NCBI GenBank assembly: GCA_963787985.1
Contig: CAWBEL010000004.1
Coordinates: forward strand, 973,853-997,852
DNA: 24,000 nucleotides
Reading direction: 5' to 3'
From: an uncultured Actinomycetota bacterium
Lineage (GTDB): Bacteria; Actinomycetota; Actinomycetes; Mycobacteriales; Jatrophihabitantaceae
Part shown: positions 16,553 through 24,000 of the stretch, in pieces
Layout of the letters: each line of letters starts with the position of its first letter
How positions within the stretch are numbered: position 1 is the stretch's first letter
Notes under the pieces: model-generated
Database searches by the model: none
Told to the model about the DNA's origin: nothing
The model's input: the letters and a program-made list of their open reading frames with translations, nothing else
Program-made: the position numbers and the translations under genes

Positions 16553-17314
16553 ATGACCTCCATCCGCACCCGCCTCGGCGTTGTCGCCGCGGGCGGTGTC
16601 CTCGCCGCCGCCGGTCTCGTCACAACGGCCGCCGACGCCTCGGCCTCCGTCCCCGCGTGCGGCAACAGCGCGCTGTCGGTGAACCGGACCTTTGTCCAGG
16701 GCGGAGCCGGGCACAGCTGGATGTCGCTGGTCTACCGCAACACGACGAGGCACGCCTGCACCATCGGGGGTTACCCCGGCCTCGACACCGTCAGCAAGAC
16801 CGGGCACGTGCTGGCGCACGCCAAGCGCACGCTGTCCGGCTACGGCGGCGGCGGGTCGTTGCACACGATCACCCTGCAACCCGGGCACTACGCGTCGGCG
16901 AGCGTCGAGTGGCTGAACTTCAATCCCAAGACCAGCGGGGCCTGCGCGTTCGGGTCGGCAGTCCGGACAGTCGTTGCGAACACCTCGCTCGTGCACCGGC
17001 TCAGCGTCTCGACCAGCGCGTGCGGCCTGCAGGTCCACCCGACCGTCGCCGGCACACCGGGTTACCCGAACTTCGGGCCCGCGCAGTACTACTGGATCGC
17101 CGGCTCCACCGTCGACTCGGCGCACGTCAATCTCTACCTGAACAAGGCTGAGCAGCAGCTCAAGGCGCCGAAGGTCTGGCCGACGCAGGTCGCCCAACTC
17201 AAGCAGTTGATCTCCTACCCGCCCACCGGTCTGACGCCTGCACAGGTGAAGCAGGCCCGGGCCGACATCAAGGCACTCGACGGCTTCTTCGGCACACCCG
17301 GCAAGTACCTCTGA
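16553..17314 (+). CDS. Secreted DUF4232-domain protein with ~85-aa C-terminal extension
   Basis: ATG at 16553 after CAGGAGA. Signal peptide ...AADASASVPAC. DUF4232-like CGNSALSV...GAGHSWMSLVYRNTTRHACTIGGYPGL...SACGLQVHP. The tail (YPNFGPAQYYW...GFFGTPGKYL) matches no domain I recognise. Confidence 0.7.
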   Translation: MTSIRTRLGVVAAGGVLAAAGLVTTAADASASVPACGNSALSVNRTFVQGGAGHSWMSLVYRNTTRHACTIGGYPGLDTVSKTGHVLAHAKRTLSGYGGGGSLHTITLQPGHYASASVEWLNFNPKTSGACAFGSAVRTVVANTSLVHRLSVSTSACGLQVHPTVAGTPGYPNFGPAQYYWIAGSTVDSAHVNLYLNKAEQQLKAPKVWPTQVAQLKQLISYPPTGLTPAQVKQARADIKALDGFFGTPGKYL

Positions 17315-17389
17315 CCGCGTAGAGTCGCGCTCACGCAGACCGCGGCAGGGAGCTCCCCGGGACTCGTCCTCACAACGCTGGAGCACCTC

Positions 17390-17506
17390 ATGTCAGGTAA
17401 GAACAAGGGCGGCCGCGAGATCCGCAAGCCCAAGCAGCCCAAAGCCGTCAAGACCGCAGAGACGAGCGGCATCATCAAGCAGGACTCGGTCAAGAAGGCG
17501 AAGTAG
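17390..17506 (+). CDS. Small lysine-rich basic protein (38 aa), hypothetical; absent from the ORF track
   Basis: ATG at 17390 with GGAG 6 nt upstream. Product MSGKNKGGREIRKPKQPKAVKTAETSGIIKQDSVKKAK, then TAG at 17504-17506. 32 of 38 codons end in G or C, consistent with genuine coding in this genome. Confidence 0.5.
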   Translation: MSGKNKGGREIRKPKQPKAVKTAETSGIIKQDSVKKAK

Positions 17507-18308
17507 TCCCCCAGGTCGAGCGAGCGGGCGGCTCGTCGCGACCCCCGCCGGGAGCTTTCACCCGGCGAATCGCGTCATCGACCACGCGCTGCGCGACTTC
17601 GACAACCGGGACCTTCTCCTGCTGGCTCTTGTCCCGCAACCGGGCGAAAGCGACCTCGCTGCTGACGCCGGCCCGGGCTCGGATGATCCCGACGGCCTGG
17701 TCGACGACCGGTCGGGCCGCGATGGCGGTCCGCAACCGGCCGACGAGGTCGTTCGCCTGGTGGAGGATCTGCGCGTTGTGAACTGCCACCGCGGCCGGAG
17801 CGGCAAACAGCTCGCCGAGTTCGACGGCGTGGTCGTCGAAAGCGTCCTTGTCGAAGGCGTAGGCGTTGATCGCACCGACCACCCGATCGCCCAACATCAG
17901 CGGCAGCGACAGCGCGCTGTGCACGCCGCAACGCTCGGCCTGCGGCCCGAAACGCGGCCACATAGGCTCGTCGGCCAACGAGCCGGTCCGTACGCAGCGA
18001 CGTTCGCGGACCGCAGTGATGCAGGGACCCTCGTTCAGCTTCTCGTACTGCAACCGGTCGATCTCGGCGACGAACGGCGCGCTCGCCGCCAGCGCCTCGA
18101 TCGGGTGCTCTTCGTCGCGGTCACGGAGCAAGGTCACGCCCGCGCCCTTGGCACCGGGGATCGCGCGGGTTGCAAACGTCGCGACGTTGCCCACGAGCTC
18201 GGTCAACCCCAGGGACCCGGTCACCATGCTGCCGAGGTCGTGGAGGCTGGCGAGCAGCATCTGCTCGTCGTCGTCGAGTGTCGGCTCGTAGTCGGACGGC
18301 TCGGTCAT
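17490..18308 (-). CDS. GAF plus ANTAR domain RNA-binding regulator
   Basis: ATG at 18306-18308 after GGAGGA. A GAF-like N-terminal half (LLASLHDLGSMVTGSLGLTELV...VGAINAY) is followed by ANTAR (RPVVDQAVGIIRARAGVSSEVAFARLRDKSQQEKVPVVEVAQRVV). 272 aa. Confidence 0.82.
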   Translation of the reverse strand: MTEPSDYEPTLDDDEQMLLASLHDLGSMVTGSLGLTELVGNVATFATRAIPGAKGAGVTLLRDRDEEHPIEALAASAPFVAEIDRLQYEKLNEGPCITAVRERRCVRTGSLADEPMWPRFGPQAERCGVHSALSLPLMLGDRVVGAINAYAFDKDAFDDHAVELGELFAAPAAVAVHNAQILHQANDLVGRLRTAIAARPVVDQAVGIIRARAGVSSEVAFARLRDKSQQEKVPVVEVAQRVVDDAIRRVKAPGGGRDEPPARSTWGTTSPS

Positions 18309-18466
18309 CCGCGATCCTCCGGTCCACCGCGGCAGTGCGCTGCGGCACGCCACGGGGGGCGCCTCCTGGGACAGTGGTTCTGCGCGGCTGCGCCGTTGCG
18401 GGAGGTTCTACCCATCTCGCGGCGCGCCTTTAGCAGCTTCCACCGCCACGGCGCACGAGCGCCGCA

Positions 18467-18541
18467 TGGTGGGCGTTACTGGGATCGAACCAGTGACCGC
18501 TCGGGTGTAAACCGAGTGCTCTCCCGCTGAGCTAAACGCCC
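18467..18541 (-). tRNA. tRNA-Val (anticodon UAC), CCA encoded
   Basis: The reverse complement is GGGCGTT TA GCTC AGCGGGA GAGC A CTCGG TTTACAC CCGAG CGGTC ACTGG TTCGATC CCAGT AACGCCC A CCA. This gives a full cloverleaf with the T-loop TTCGATC. Confidence 0.93.
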
Positions 18542-18576
18542 GCGCCCGGCAGCGCCGGGGCGGCACCAGGGTATCC

Positions 18577-18592
18577 GGACGCGGCTGCGTCC
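18577..18592 (-). terminator. Short hairpin immediately 3' of the SURF1 stop codon
   Basis: GGACGC-ggct-GCGTCC forms a 6-bp stem abutting the stop at 18593-18595. No U-tract. On the minus strand it is followed by TACCCT, a possible -10 for the tRNA. Confidence 0.3.
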
Positions 18593-19963
18593 TCAGGACC
18601 GTGCGTTGCCCACCTCGGGTTCGTCGTCCGCGCCCGGATCATCGCCCGCTCTGGGTTCATCGCCCGCTCTGGGTTCATCGCCCGCTCTGGGTTCATCGCC
18701 CGCAGCAGGGTCGTCGCCGGCGGGGCCGGGCTCGATCACCCGTGGCTGGCGTTCCCGCACCGTGCGGGTGCCGGACTCGTTCTGCCGCGCGGTGTCGCCC
18801 GGCAACACCACGTCGGGGATGTTGCCATCGGCCAGCGCCAGCTGCCAGAGGTAGTCGTTGTAGCCGCCGTGATACTCGTCGTCGCTGCGGTGCGGCGCCT
18901 TCGCGCTGCTCCGCGCAGCAGCGTCGAAGGTCGGTTCCGAGCGACGGACCGGCACGGGACCGGCCCGTTCGTCCGGCGCCGCGTCCGGGCCGAGAGTTCG
19001 GCCGTACCGGTCGGCCAGCCGCTGCGCCCGCTCGAACCGCAGCGCGGCCGCGTCACCCACCCGCGCGACGTCGGCACCAGCGCGAACCGCGAGCTCCCCG
19101 CCCCCGCCCGACGCGCCGACGGGCAGCGCCGTCACGGCGGGGGCGGTCGACGGCAGGTCGAACTGCGCAGCGTCGTCGTCGACGCCGAGGAAGCGGCGCC
19201 GGGCGTCTCGGATCTCGGCGCGGGCCAGCGCGAACGGCCCGACCAGCGCGAGCAGCGCGAACACGTACCACTGGACGACGTAGGACATCAGCTGCGCTTC
19301 ACCGGCACCGCCGGTCGGGTTGGACAGGCTCGGCCCGGCGAGCACGTGCAGCCCGGCGGTGCCCGGCTGCTGCGACAGCAGTGCCGCGTAGGCGGTGTAG
19401 ACGGGCGCTCCCAGCCGGACGGACTGCGCCCGCGGGTTCGTCGCCGTGATCTCGCCGTGCCCGAGCACGCCGTCGCGTTCGGCGTGGTCGCTGCCGGGGT
19501 ACAGCCGCCCGGCCACGGTCACCCGACCGATCGGGGGCGCCGGCACCCGCGCGGGACGGGTCTCGTCCGCCGTCTCGGCCACGAACCCGCGGGCGACGAG
19601 CAGGACGCCGGTGTCCGTCCGCAGCGGGGTCAGGACCAGGAACCCCTGCTTGCCGCCCTGGGAGGCATCGGTGACGTACCGCTCCTGGCCCGCCTCGTAG
19701 GTGCCGGTGGCCCGTACGGTGCGGTACTTGTATGCACCAGCCGGCAGCGCCGGCTCGCCGGTCAGCGGCACGAGGGACCGGCTCAGCGGAACCGTGGCTG
19801 CATGCGCGTTGGCGCGCAACGCACCGTTGTCGTGGCGCTTCTCGTGGAAGCGGTGCAGCTCGAAGGTGCCCGCGCCGACACAGGCCACGGCGACGAGCCA
19901 CAGGACCGCCGTCAGCGCCCGGTACCGCCGCTGGCGGACCACCCACAGCAGCGCCCGCACCAC
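18593..19963 (-). CDS. SURF1-family cytochrome oxidase assembly protein with ~190-aa low-complexity C-terminal extension
   Basis: The N-terminal ~265 aa have SURF1 topology and motifs (TM1 LTAVLWLVAVACVGAGTFELHRFHEK; YRTVRATGTY; FLVLTPL; C-terminal TM YVVQWYVFALLALVGPF). The frame then continues for 190 aa and ends in (AGDEPR)3. Confidence 0.8.
   Translation of the reverse strand: MVRALLWVVRQRRYRALTAVLWLVAVACVGAGTFELHRFHEKRHDNGALRANAHAATVPLSRSLVPLTGEPALPAGAYKYRTVRATGTYEAGQERYVTDASQGGKQGFLVLTPLRTDTGVLLVARGFVAETADETRPARVPAPPIGRVTVAGRLYPGSDHAERDGVLGHGEITATNPRAQSVRLGAPVYTAYAALLSQQPGTAGLHVLAGPSLSNPTGGAGEAQLMSYVVQWYVFALLALVGPFALARAEIRDARRRFLGVDDDAAQFDLPSTAPAVTALPVGASGGGGELAVRAGADVARVGDAAALRFERAQRLADRYGRTLGPDAAPDERAGPVPVRRSEPTFDAAARSSAKAPHRSDDEYHGGYNDYLWQLALADGNIPDVVLPGDTARQNESGTRTVRERQPRVIEPGPAGDDPAAGDEPRAGDEPRAGDEPRAGDDPGADDEPEVGNARS
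18623..18712. repeat. 18-nt in-frame tandem repeat (3 perfect copies at 18641-18694, degenerate copies flanking)
   Basis: atcgcccgctctgggttc occurs three times without mismatch. It encodes AGDEPR using GAT, GAA and the rare AGA codon. Confidence 0.9.
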
Positions 19964-20003
19964 CCGGTCATGCTACGCGGGAGGCTGCCGTCACCCCGGT
20001 CCG

Positions 20004-20009
20004 TACAGT
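20004..20009 (+). promoter_or_regulatory. -10 element TACAGT placed 7 nt before the ATG (leaderless-type promoter) of the 20017 methyltransferase
   Basis: ccgTACAGTtcgggcgATG with no SD. The architecture is identical to 8772-8787. Confidence 0.4.
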
Positions 20010-20016
20010 TCGGGCG

Positions 20017-20622
20017 ATGAGCGACTTCGACGCCGCGTACTGGGACCAGCGCTACGCCGAGAGCGGCAGCGTGTGGGGCGGCGCGCCGAACCGCTGGGTC
20101 GAGCAGGAGGTCATCGACCTGCCGGCGGGGCGCGCGCTCGACCTCGCGTGCGGCGAGGGGCGCAACGCCGTCTGGCTGGCCCGCCGCGGGTGGCGGGTGA
20201 TCGCGGTCGACTTCTCCGTGGTGGCCCTGGACAAGGGGCGCGCGCTGGAGGGCCCGACCGGCGGCATCGAGTGGGTGCACGGCGACGCCACGAGCTACGA
20301 GCCGGCCCAGCACGTCGATCTCGCGCTGCTCTGCTACTTGCAGCTGGCTGCAGCGGGCCGGCGCGCCGCCGTCCGGCACGCCGCCGCGACGCTGCGCCCG
20401 GGCGGCGTCCTGCTGGTGATCGCCCACGACTCGCGCAACCTCACCGACGGCGCCGGCGGCCCACAGGACCCGTCCCGGCTCTACACCGCCGCGGACGTCG
20501 CGGAGGACCTCGACGGCTGCGGTCTCGAGATCGAACGGGCCGGCGAGGTGCTGCGGCCGATCGAGGGCGCCGAGCGTCCCGCGATCGACTGCCTGCTGCG
20601 CGCCAAGCGGCCGCTCGCCTGA
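20017..20622 (+). CDS. Class I SAM-dependent methyltransferase (TehB/thiopurine-MT-like small type)
   Basis: 201 aa from the ATG at 20017. Contains YWDQRY, motif I ALDLACGEGRNAVWLARRGWRVIAVDFS and LRPGGVLLV. Confidence 0.8.
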   Translation: MSDFDAAYWDQRYAESGSVWGGAPNRWVEQEVIDLPAGRALDLACGEGRNAVWLARRGWRVIAVDFSVVALDKGRALEGPTGGIEWVHGDATSYEPAQHVDLALLCYLQLAAAGRRAAVRHAAATLRPGGVLLVIAHDSRNLTDGAGGPQDPSRLYTAADVAEDLDGCGLEIERAGEVLRPIEGAERPAIDCLLRAKRPLA

Positions 20623-20645
20623 TCGCAGCGGCCAGGCAGCACGCC

Positions 20646-21101
20646 TCAGAGCGCCTTGATGGCCGCCTGCCAGGCCGACGGGTCGCGGCCCTCGCCGGGA
20701 CCGTTCATCTCGGCGAAGCGCACGATGCCCTGCTTGTCGACGAGGAACGTGCCCCGGTTGGCCATGCCGCCGCCGTCGTTGAAGACGCCGTAGGCCTGCG
20801 CCACCTGGCCGTGCGGCCAGAAGTCCGACAGCAGCGGGAACTCGAAACCCTCACGCTCGCTGAAGATCTTGTGCGCGTACGGGGAGTCGACGCTGACCGA
20901 CACCACCTGGACGTCGTCGTTCTGGAAGGTCGGCAGCTCGTCCCGCACCCGGGCCAGCTCGCCGGTGCAGATGCCGGTGAAGGCGAAGGGGTAGAAGACG
21001 ATCAGCACGGCCTTCTCGCCGCGGAAGTCCGAGAGCGTGACCTGCTCGTTGTTCTGGTCCTTCAACGTCCAGTCGGGAGCCTCAGCGCCAACTTCGATCA
21101 T
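20646..21101 (-). CDS. ahpE: 1-Cys peroxiredoxin, AhpE-like
   Basis: ATG at 21099-21101 overlaps the upstream stop (ATGA). MIEVGAEAPDWTLKDQNNEQVTLSDFRGEKAVLIVFYPFAFTGICTGEL contains the peroxidatic Cys motif. 151 aa. Confidence 0.85.
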   Translation of the reverse strand: MIEVGAEAPDWTLKDQNNEQVTLSDFRGEKAVLIVFYPFAFTGICTGELARVRDELPTFQNDDVQVVSVSVDSPYAHKIFSEREGFEFPLLSDFWPHGQVAQAYGVFNDGGGMANRGTFLVDKQGIVRFAEMNGPGEGRDPSAWQAAIKAL

Positions 21102-21529
21102 TTCTTGCCTCCGGACTTGCGGCCGACGAGTCGAGCGGCGGACCACTCGTTCCCCACGGTCACGATGGACGTCTGCGAGAGACCGGCGATGGAGGCCGCC
21201 TCCGCGATGTCCGATGGTTCCACGTAGTTGTCGCGGCCGCGCTTGGGGGTCAGCAGCCAGATGAAGCCGTCGTCGGCGAGCGGCGAGATCGAATCCACGA
21301 GAACGTCGACGAGATCACCGTCCCCCTCGCGGTACCAGAGGGCGACGACGTCCACGACCTCGTCGGTGTCGTCGTCGAGCAGGTCGGCGTCGATGGCGTC
21401 CATCATGGCCTGCCGAGCGTCCTCGTCGACGTCCTCGTTCCAGCCGGACTCCATCACCATCATGCCGGGCTTGAGCCCCAGGTGCTCGGCGATTCCCGGT
21501 CCGTTGCCGGACGGGGCGGTCGTGCTCAC
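21098..21529 (-). CDS. DUF3052-domain protein (Rv2239c-like)
   Basis: GTG at 21527-21529 after GAAGGAGGAGG. 143 aa. Contains LGLKPGMMVMESGWNEDVDEDARQAMMDAI...VVALWYREGDGDLVD...IWLLTPKRGR. Confidence 0.75.
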   Translation of the reverse strand: MSTTAPSGNGPGIAEHLGLKPGMMVMESGWNEDVDEDARQAMMDAIDADLLDDDTDEVVDVVALWYREGDGDLVDVLVDSISPLADDGFIWLLTPKRGRDNYVEPSDIAEAASIAGLSQTSIVTVGNEWSAARLVGRKSGGKK

Positions 21530-21722
21530 GGCGACGTCCTCCTCCTTCAGCGCGATGTCGTGTCGTGACGATGTTCAGGCGTGTCGGACACGCGTGCCCG
21601 TTGTGGATACCGGGCGGTAACTCCGGTCCCGACCCTAGCTGCTCGCAAGGGTGTTCACTGGACCGTAGACGCAAAGCCACGAGCTGCGCAGTCCGACGCC
21701 CGAAGCAGTGAGGAGATCGCGC

Positions 21723-24000
21723 GTGACCCGCGACCGGTACAGCATCATCACCGATGGCCTACCCAACCAGCTGCCCGACATCGACCGCGAAGAGACGCGT
21801 GAATGGCTCGAGTCCCTCGACGCCGCGATCGACTCCGATGGCCGGCAGCGGGCGCGGTACCTGATGCTGCGCCTGCTGGAGCGGGCCCGCGAGCGGCAGG
21901 TGGGCGTCCCCGGCCTGCGCAGCACCGACTACATCAACACCATCCCGCCCGAACGGGAGCCGTGGTTCCCGGGCGATGAGGACATCGAGCGCCGCATCCG
22001 CGCCTACGTCCGCTGGAACGCCGCGATCATGGTCTCGCGCGCGAACAAATCGGTCGGCGTCGGCGGCCACATCGCCACCTACGCGTCCGCGGCCTCGTTG
22101 TACGAGGTGGGGTTCAACCACTTCTTCCAGGGCAAGGACCTCGCGTCCGGCCCGGGCGATCAGGTGTACTTCCAGGGCCACGCTGCGCCGGGTATCTACG
22201 CCCGCGCGTTCCTCGAGGGCCGACTGACCGAGCAGCACCTCGACGGCTTCCGGCAGGAGGTCTCGCGCGCGCCGTACGGCCTGTCCTCCTACCCGCACCC
22301 GCGGCTCATGCCGCAGTTCTGGGAGTTCCCGACGGTCTCGATGGGCCTCGGCCCGATCAGCGCGATCTACCAGGCCCGCTTCAACCGCTACCTGCACGCC
22401 CGCGGCCTGGCCGACACGTCCAACTCGCACGTGTGGGCCTTCCTCGGCGACGGCGAGATGGACGAGGTCGAGTCCCTCGGCGCGATCGGCGTGGCGTCGC
22501 GCGAGGAGCTGGACAACCTCACCTTCGTCATCAACTGCAACCTGCAGCGCCTCGACGGCCCCGTCCGCGGCAACGGCAAGATCATCCAGGAGCTGGAGGC
22601 CTACTTCCGCGGCGCCGGCTGGAACGTGATCAAGGTGGTGTGGGGACGCGACTGGGACCCGCTGCTGGCCCGTGACGGCGACGGCGCGCTCGTCAACCAG
22701 ATGAACCAGACGCCGGACGGGCAGTTCCAGACCTACACCGTCGAAAGTGGCGCCTACATCCGTGATCACTTCTTCGGCGGCGACCCACGGCTGCGCAAGA
22801 TGGTCGAGGACCTCTCCGACGACGAGCTGCGCAAGCTCTCGCGCGGCGGTCACGACTACCGCAAGGTCTACGCGGCCTTCGAGGCGGCCCGCGCCCACAC
22901 CGGGCAGCCGACGGTGATCCTCGCCAAGACCGTCAAGGGCTGGACGCTGGAGTCCTTCGAGGGACGCAACGCCACCCACCAGATGAAGAAGCTCACCACC
23001 GCCGATCTCAAGGCCTTCCGCGACCGGCTCTACCTGCCGATCACTGACAAGGAACTCGACGCCGACCTCGCGCCGTACTACCACCCGGGCGAGAAGTCCG
23101 ACGAGATCCAGTACATGAAGGAGCGGCGGGCCGCGCTCGGCGGCGCGTTGCCGAAGCGACTGGTACGTGCGAAGCCGCTCGCCCAGCCCGGCGACAAGGT
23201 CTACGCCGACTTCCGCAACGGCTCGGGCAAGCAGCAGGTCGCGACGACGATGGCGACGGTCCGGCTGTTCAAGGACCTGATGAAGGACAAGGAGATCGGC
23301 TCGCGGTTCGTACCGATCATCCCGGACGAGGCGCGCACGTTCGGCTTGGACGCGATCTTCCCGACGGCCAAGATCTACTCGCCGCACGGGCAGGAGTACG
23401 ACGCGGTCGACCGGGAGATGCTGCTGTCCTACAAGGAGTCGACGACCGGGCAGATCCTGCACGAGGGGATCTCCGAGGCCGGCTCGATGGCCTCGTTGAT
23501 CGCGGCGGCGTCCTCGTACTCGACGCACGCGACGCCGATGATCCCGTTCTACATCTTCTACTCGATGTTCGGCTTCCAGCGCACCGGCGACCAGTTCTGG
23601 CAGCTCGCCGACCAGCTCGGGCGCGGCTTCGTGCTCGGGGCGACGGCGGGGCGGACGACGCTGACCGGCGAGGGGTTGCAGCACGCCGACGGGCACTCGC
23701 CGCTGCTCGCCTCGACCAACCCGGCGTGCGTGGCTTATGACCCGGCGTTCGCCTACGAGGTCGCGCACATCGTGCGGGCCGGCCTGGCGCGGATGTACGG
23801 CGTCGGCGCGTTCTCGACGGCCGAGGTGTCCCAGCACGACGTCTTCTACTACCTCACCATCTACAACGAGCCGATCGTGCAGCCGGCCGAGCCCGCCGAT
23901 CTCGACGTCGAGGCGCTGCTGCGCGGCATGTACCGCTACTCCACCGGTCTGCAGGACACCGGGCGGCCGCGTACCCAGGTGCTGGCGTCCGGAGTGGCGA
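21723..24000 (+). CDS. aceE: Pyruvate dehydrogenase E1 component (homodimeric type), 3' end outside window
   Basis: GTG at 21723 after [42 protein letters not shown]...[17 protein letters not shown]...[36 protein letters not shown]...[22 protein letters not shown]...[28 protein letters not shown]. Open to the window end, so it is absent from the ORF track. Confidence 0.93.
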   Translation, partial: MTRDRYSIITDGLPNQLPDIDREETREWLESLDAAIDSDGRQRARYLMLRLLERARERQVGVPGLRSTDYINTIPPEREPWFPGDEDIERRIRAYVRWNAAIMVSRANKSVGVGGHIATYASAASLYEVGFNHFFQGKDLASGPGDQVYFQGHAAPGIYARAFLEGRLTEQHLDGFRQEVSRAPYGLSSYPHPRLMPQFWEFPTVSMGLGPISAIYQARFNRYLHARGLADTSNSHVWAFLGDGEMDEVESLGAIGVASREELDNLTFVINCNLQRLDGPVRGNGKIIQELEAYFRGAGWNVIKVVWGRDWDPLLARDGDGALVNQMNQTPDGQFQTYTVESGAYIRDHFFGGDPRLRKMVEDLSDDELRKLSRGGHDYRKVYAAFEAARAHTGQPTVILAKTVKGWTLESFEGRNATHQMKKLTTADLKAFRDRLYLPITDKELDADLAPYYHPGEKSDEIQYMKERRAALGGALPKRLVRAKPLAQPGDKVYADFRNGSGKQQVATTMATVRLFKDLMKDKEIGSRFVPIIPDEARTFGLDAIFPTAKIYSPHGQEYDAVDREMLLSYKESTTGQILHEGISEAGSMASLIAAASSYSTHATPMIPFYIFYSMFGFQRTGDQFWQLADQLGRGFVLGATAGRTTLTGEGLQHADGHSPLLASTNPACVAYDPAFAYEVAHIVRAGLARMYGVGAFSTAEVSQHDVFYYLTIYNEPIVQPAEPADLDVEALLRGMYRYSTGLQDTGRPRTQVLASGVA

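Noticed and set aside
17315-17389. ANTAR-type dual hexaloop terminator or antiterminator upstream of the small ORF
   Set aside because: The only hexaloop hairpin, CGCG-TAGAGT-CGCG, has a 4-bp stem, lacks the conserved loop A1/G4 pattern and has no tandem partner.
18623-18712. Possibility that the 18-nt repeats (or the 33-nt repeats at 545-760) are a CRISPR array
   Set aside because: The units are directly adjacent with no spacers, are in frame within coding sequence, and no cas genes are nearby.
21530-21722. Regulatory RNA or small ORF in the 190-nt DUF3052-aceE intergenic region (21-aa ATG ORF, CGTGT-N3-ACACG dyad near 21570-21582)
   Set aside because: The ORF has no SD and poor codon bias. 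The dyad is short. No known motif was recognised, so this is most simply a divergent promoter region.
21759-23837. 692-aa minus-strand ORF
   Set aside because: It is antisense to aceE, whose plus-strand translation matches pyruvate dehydrogenase E1 almost motif for motif. The antisense product is Arg/Val/Gly/Asp-rich with no family resemblance.

Overview
This is a high-GC (by eye above 70%) Actinomycetota chromosomal window, densely packed with housekeeping and accessory-metabolic genes. I saw no mobile elements, CRISPR arrays or obvious defence islands. From memory, gene order in the right two thirds resembles the Mycobacterium tuberculosis Rv2228c-Rv2241 neighbourhood: NIF3, DUF164 zinc ribbon, CobC-like phosphatase, RNase P RNA, SURF1, AhpE, DUF3052 and aceE. 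I support about 28 CDSs, one decayed glycerate kinase pseudogene, rnpB (RNase P RNA, minus strand), one tRNA-Val(UAC), several in-frame tandem repeats and a few promoter, operator or terminator candidates. Many long ORFs in the six-frame track are antisense or off-frame artefacts of the GC bias, for example 974-2689, 9777-11318 and 21759-23837. I could not identify a clearly novel multi-gene system. The most interesting items are listed below.
- A long structured leader upstream of an Rpf-LysM muralytic gene looks like a ydaO-class c-di-AMP riboswitch.
- An unlisted 38-aa lysine-rich small ORF overlaps the 3' end of a GAF-ANTAR regulator gene convergently.
- A single-polypeptide ArsR-SRPBCC regulator has a perfect 7-2-7 palindrome inside its apparently leaderless promoter.
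- A SURF1 protein carries a ~190-aa C-terminal extension ending in perfect 18-nt repeats.
- A free-standing Lys/Ala-rich histone-like protein is built from 33-nt modules.
- Two genes show frame disruption: glycerate kinase and the tail of the ArsB-like permease.
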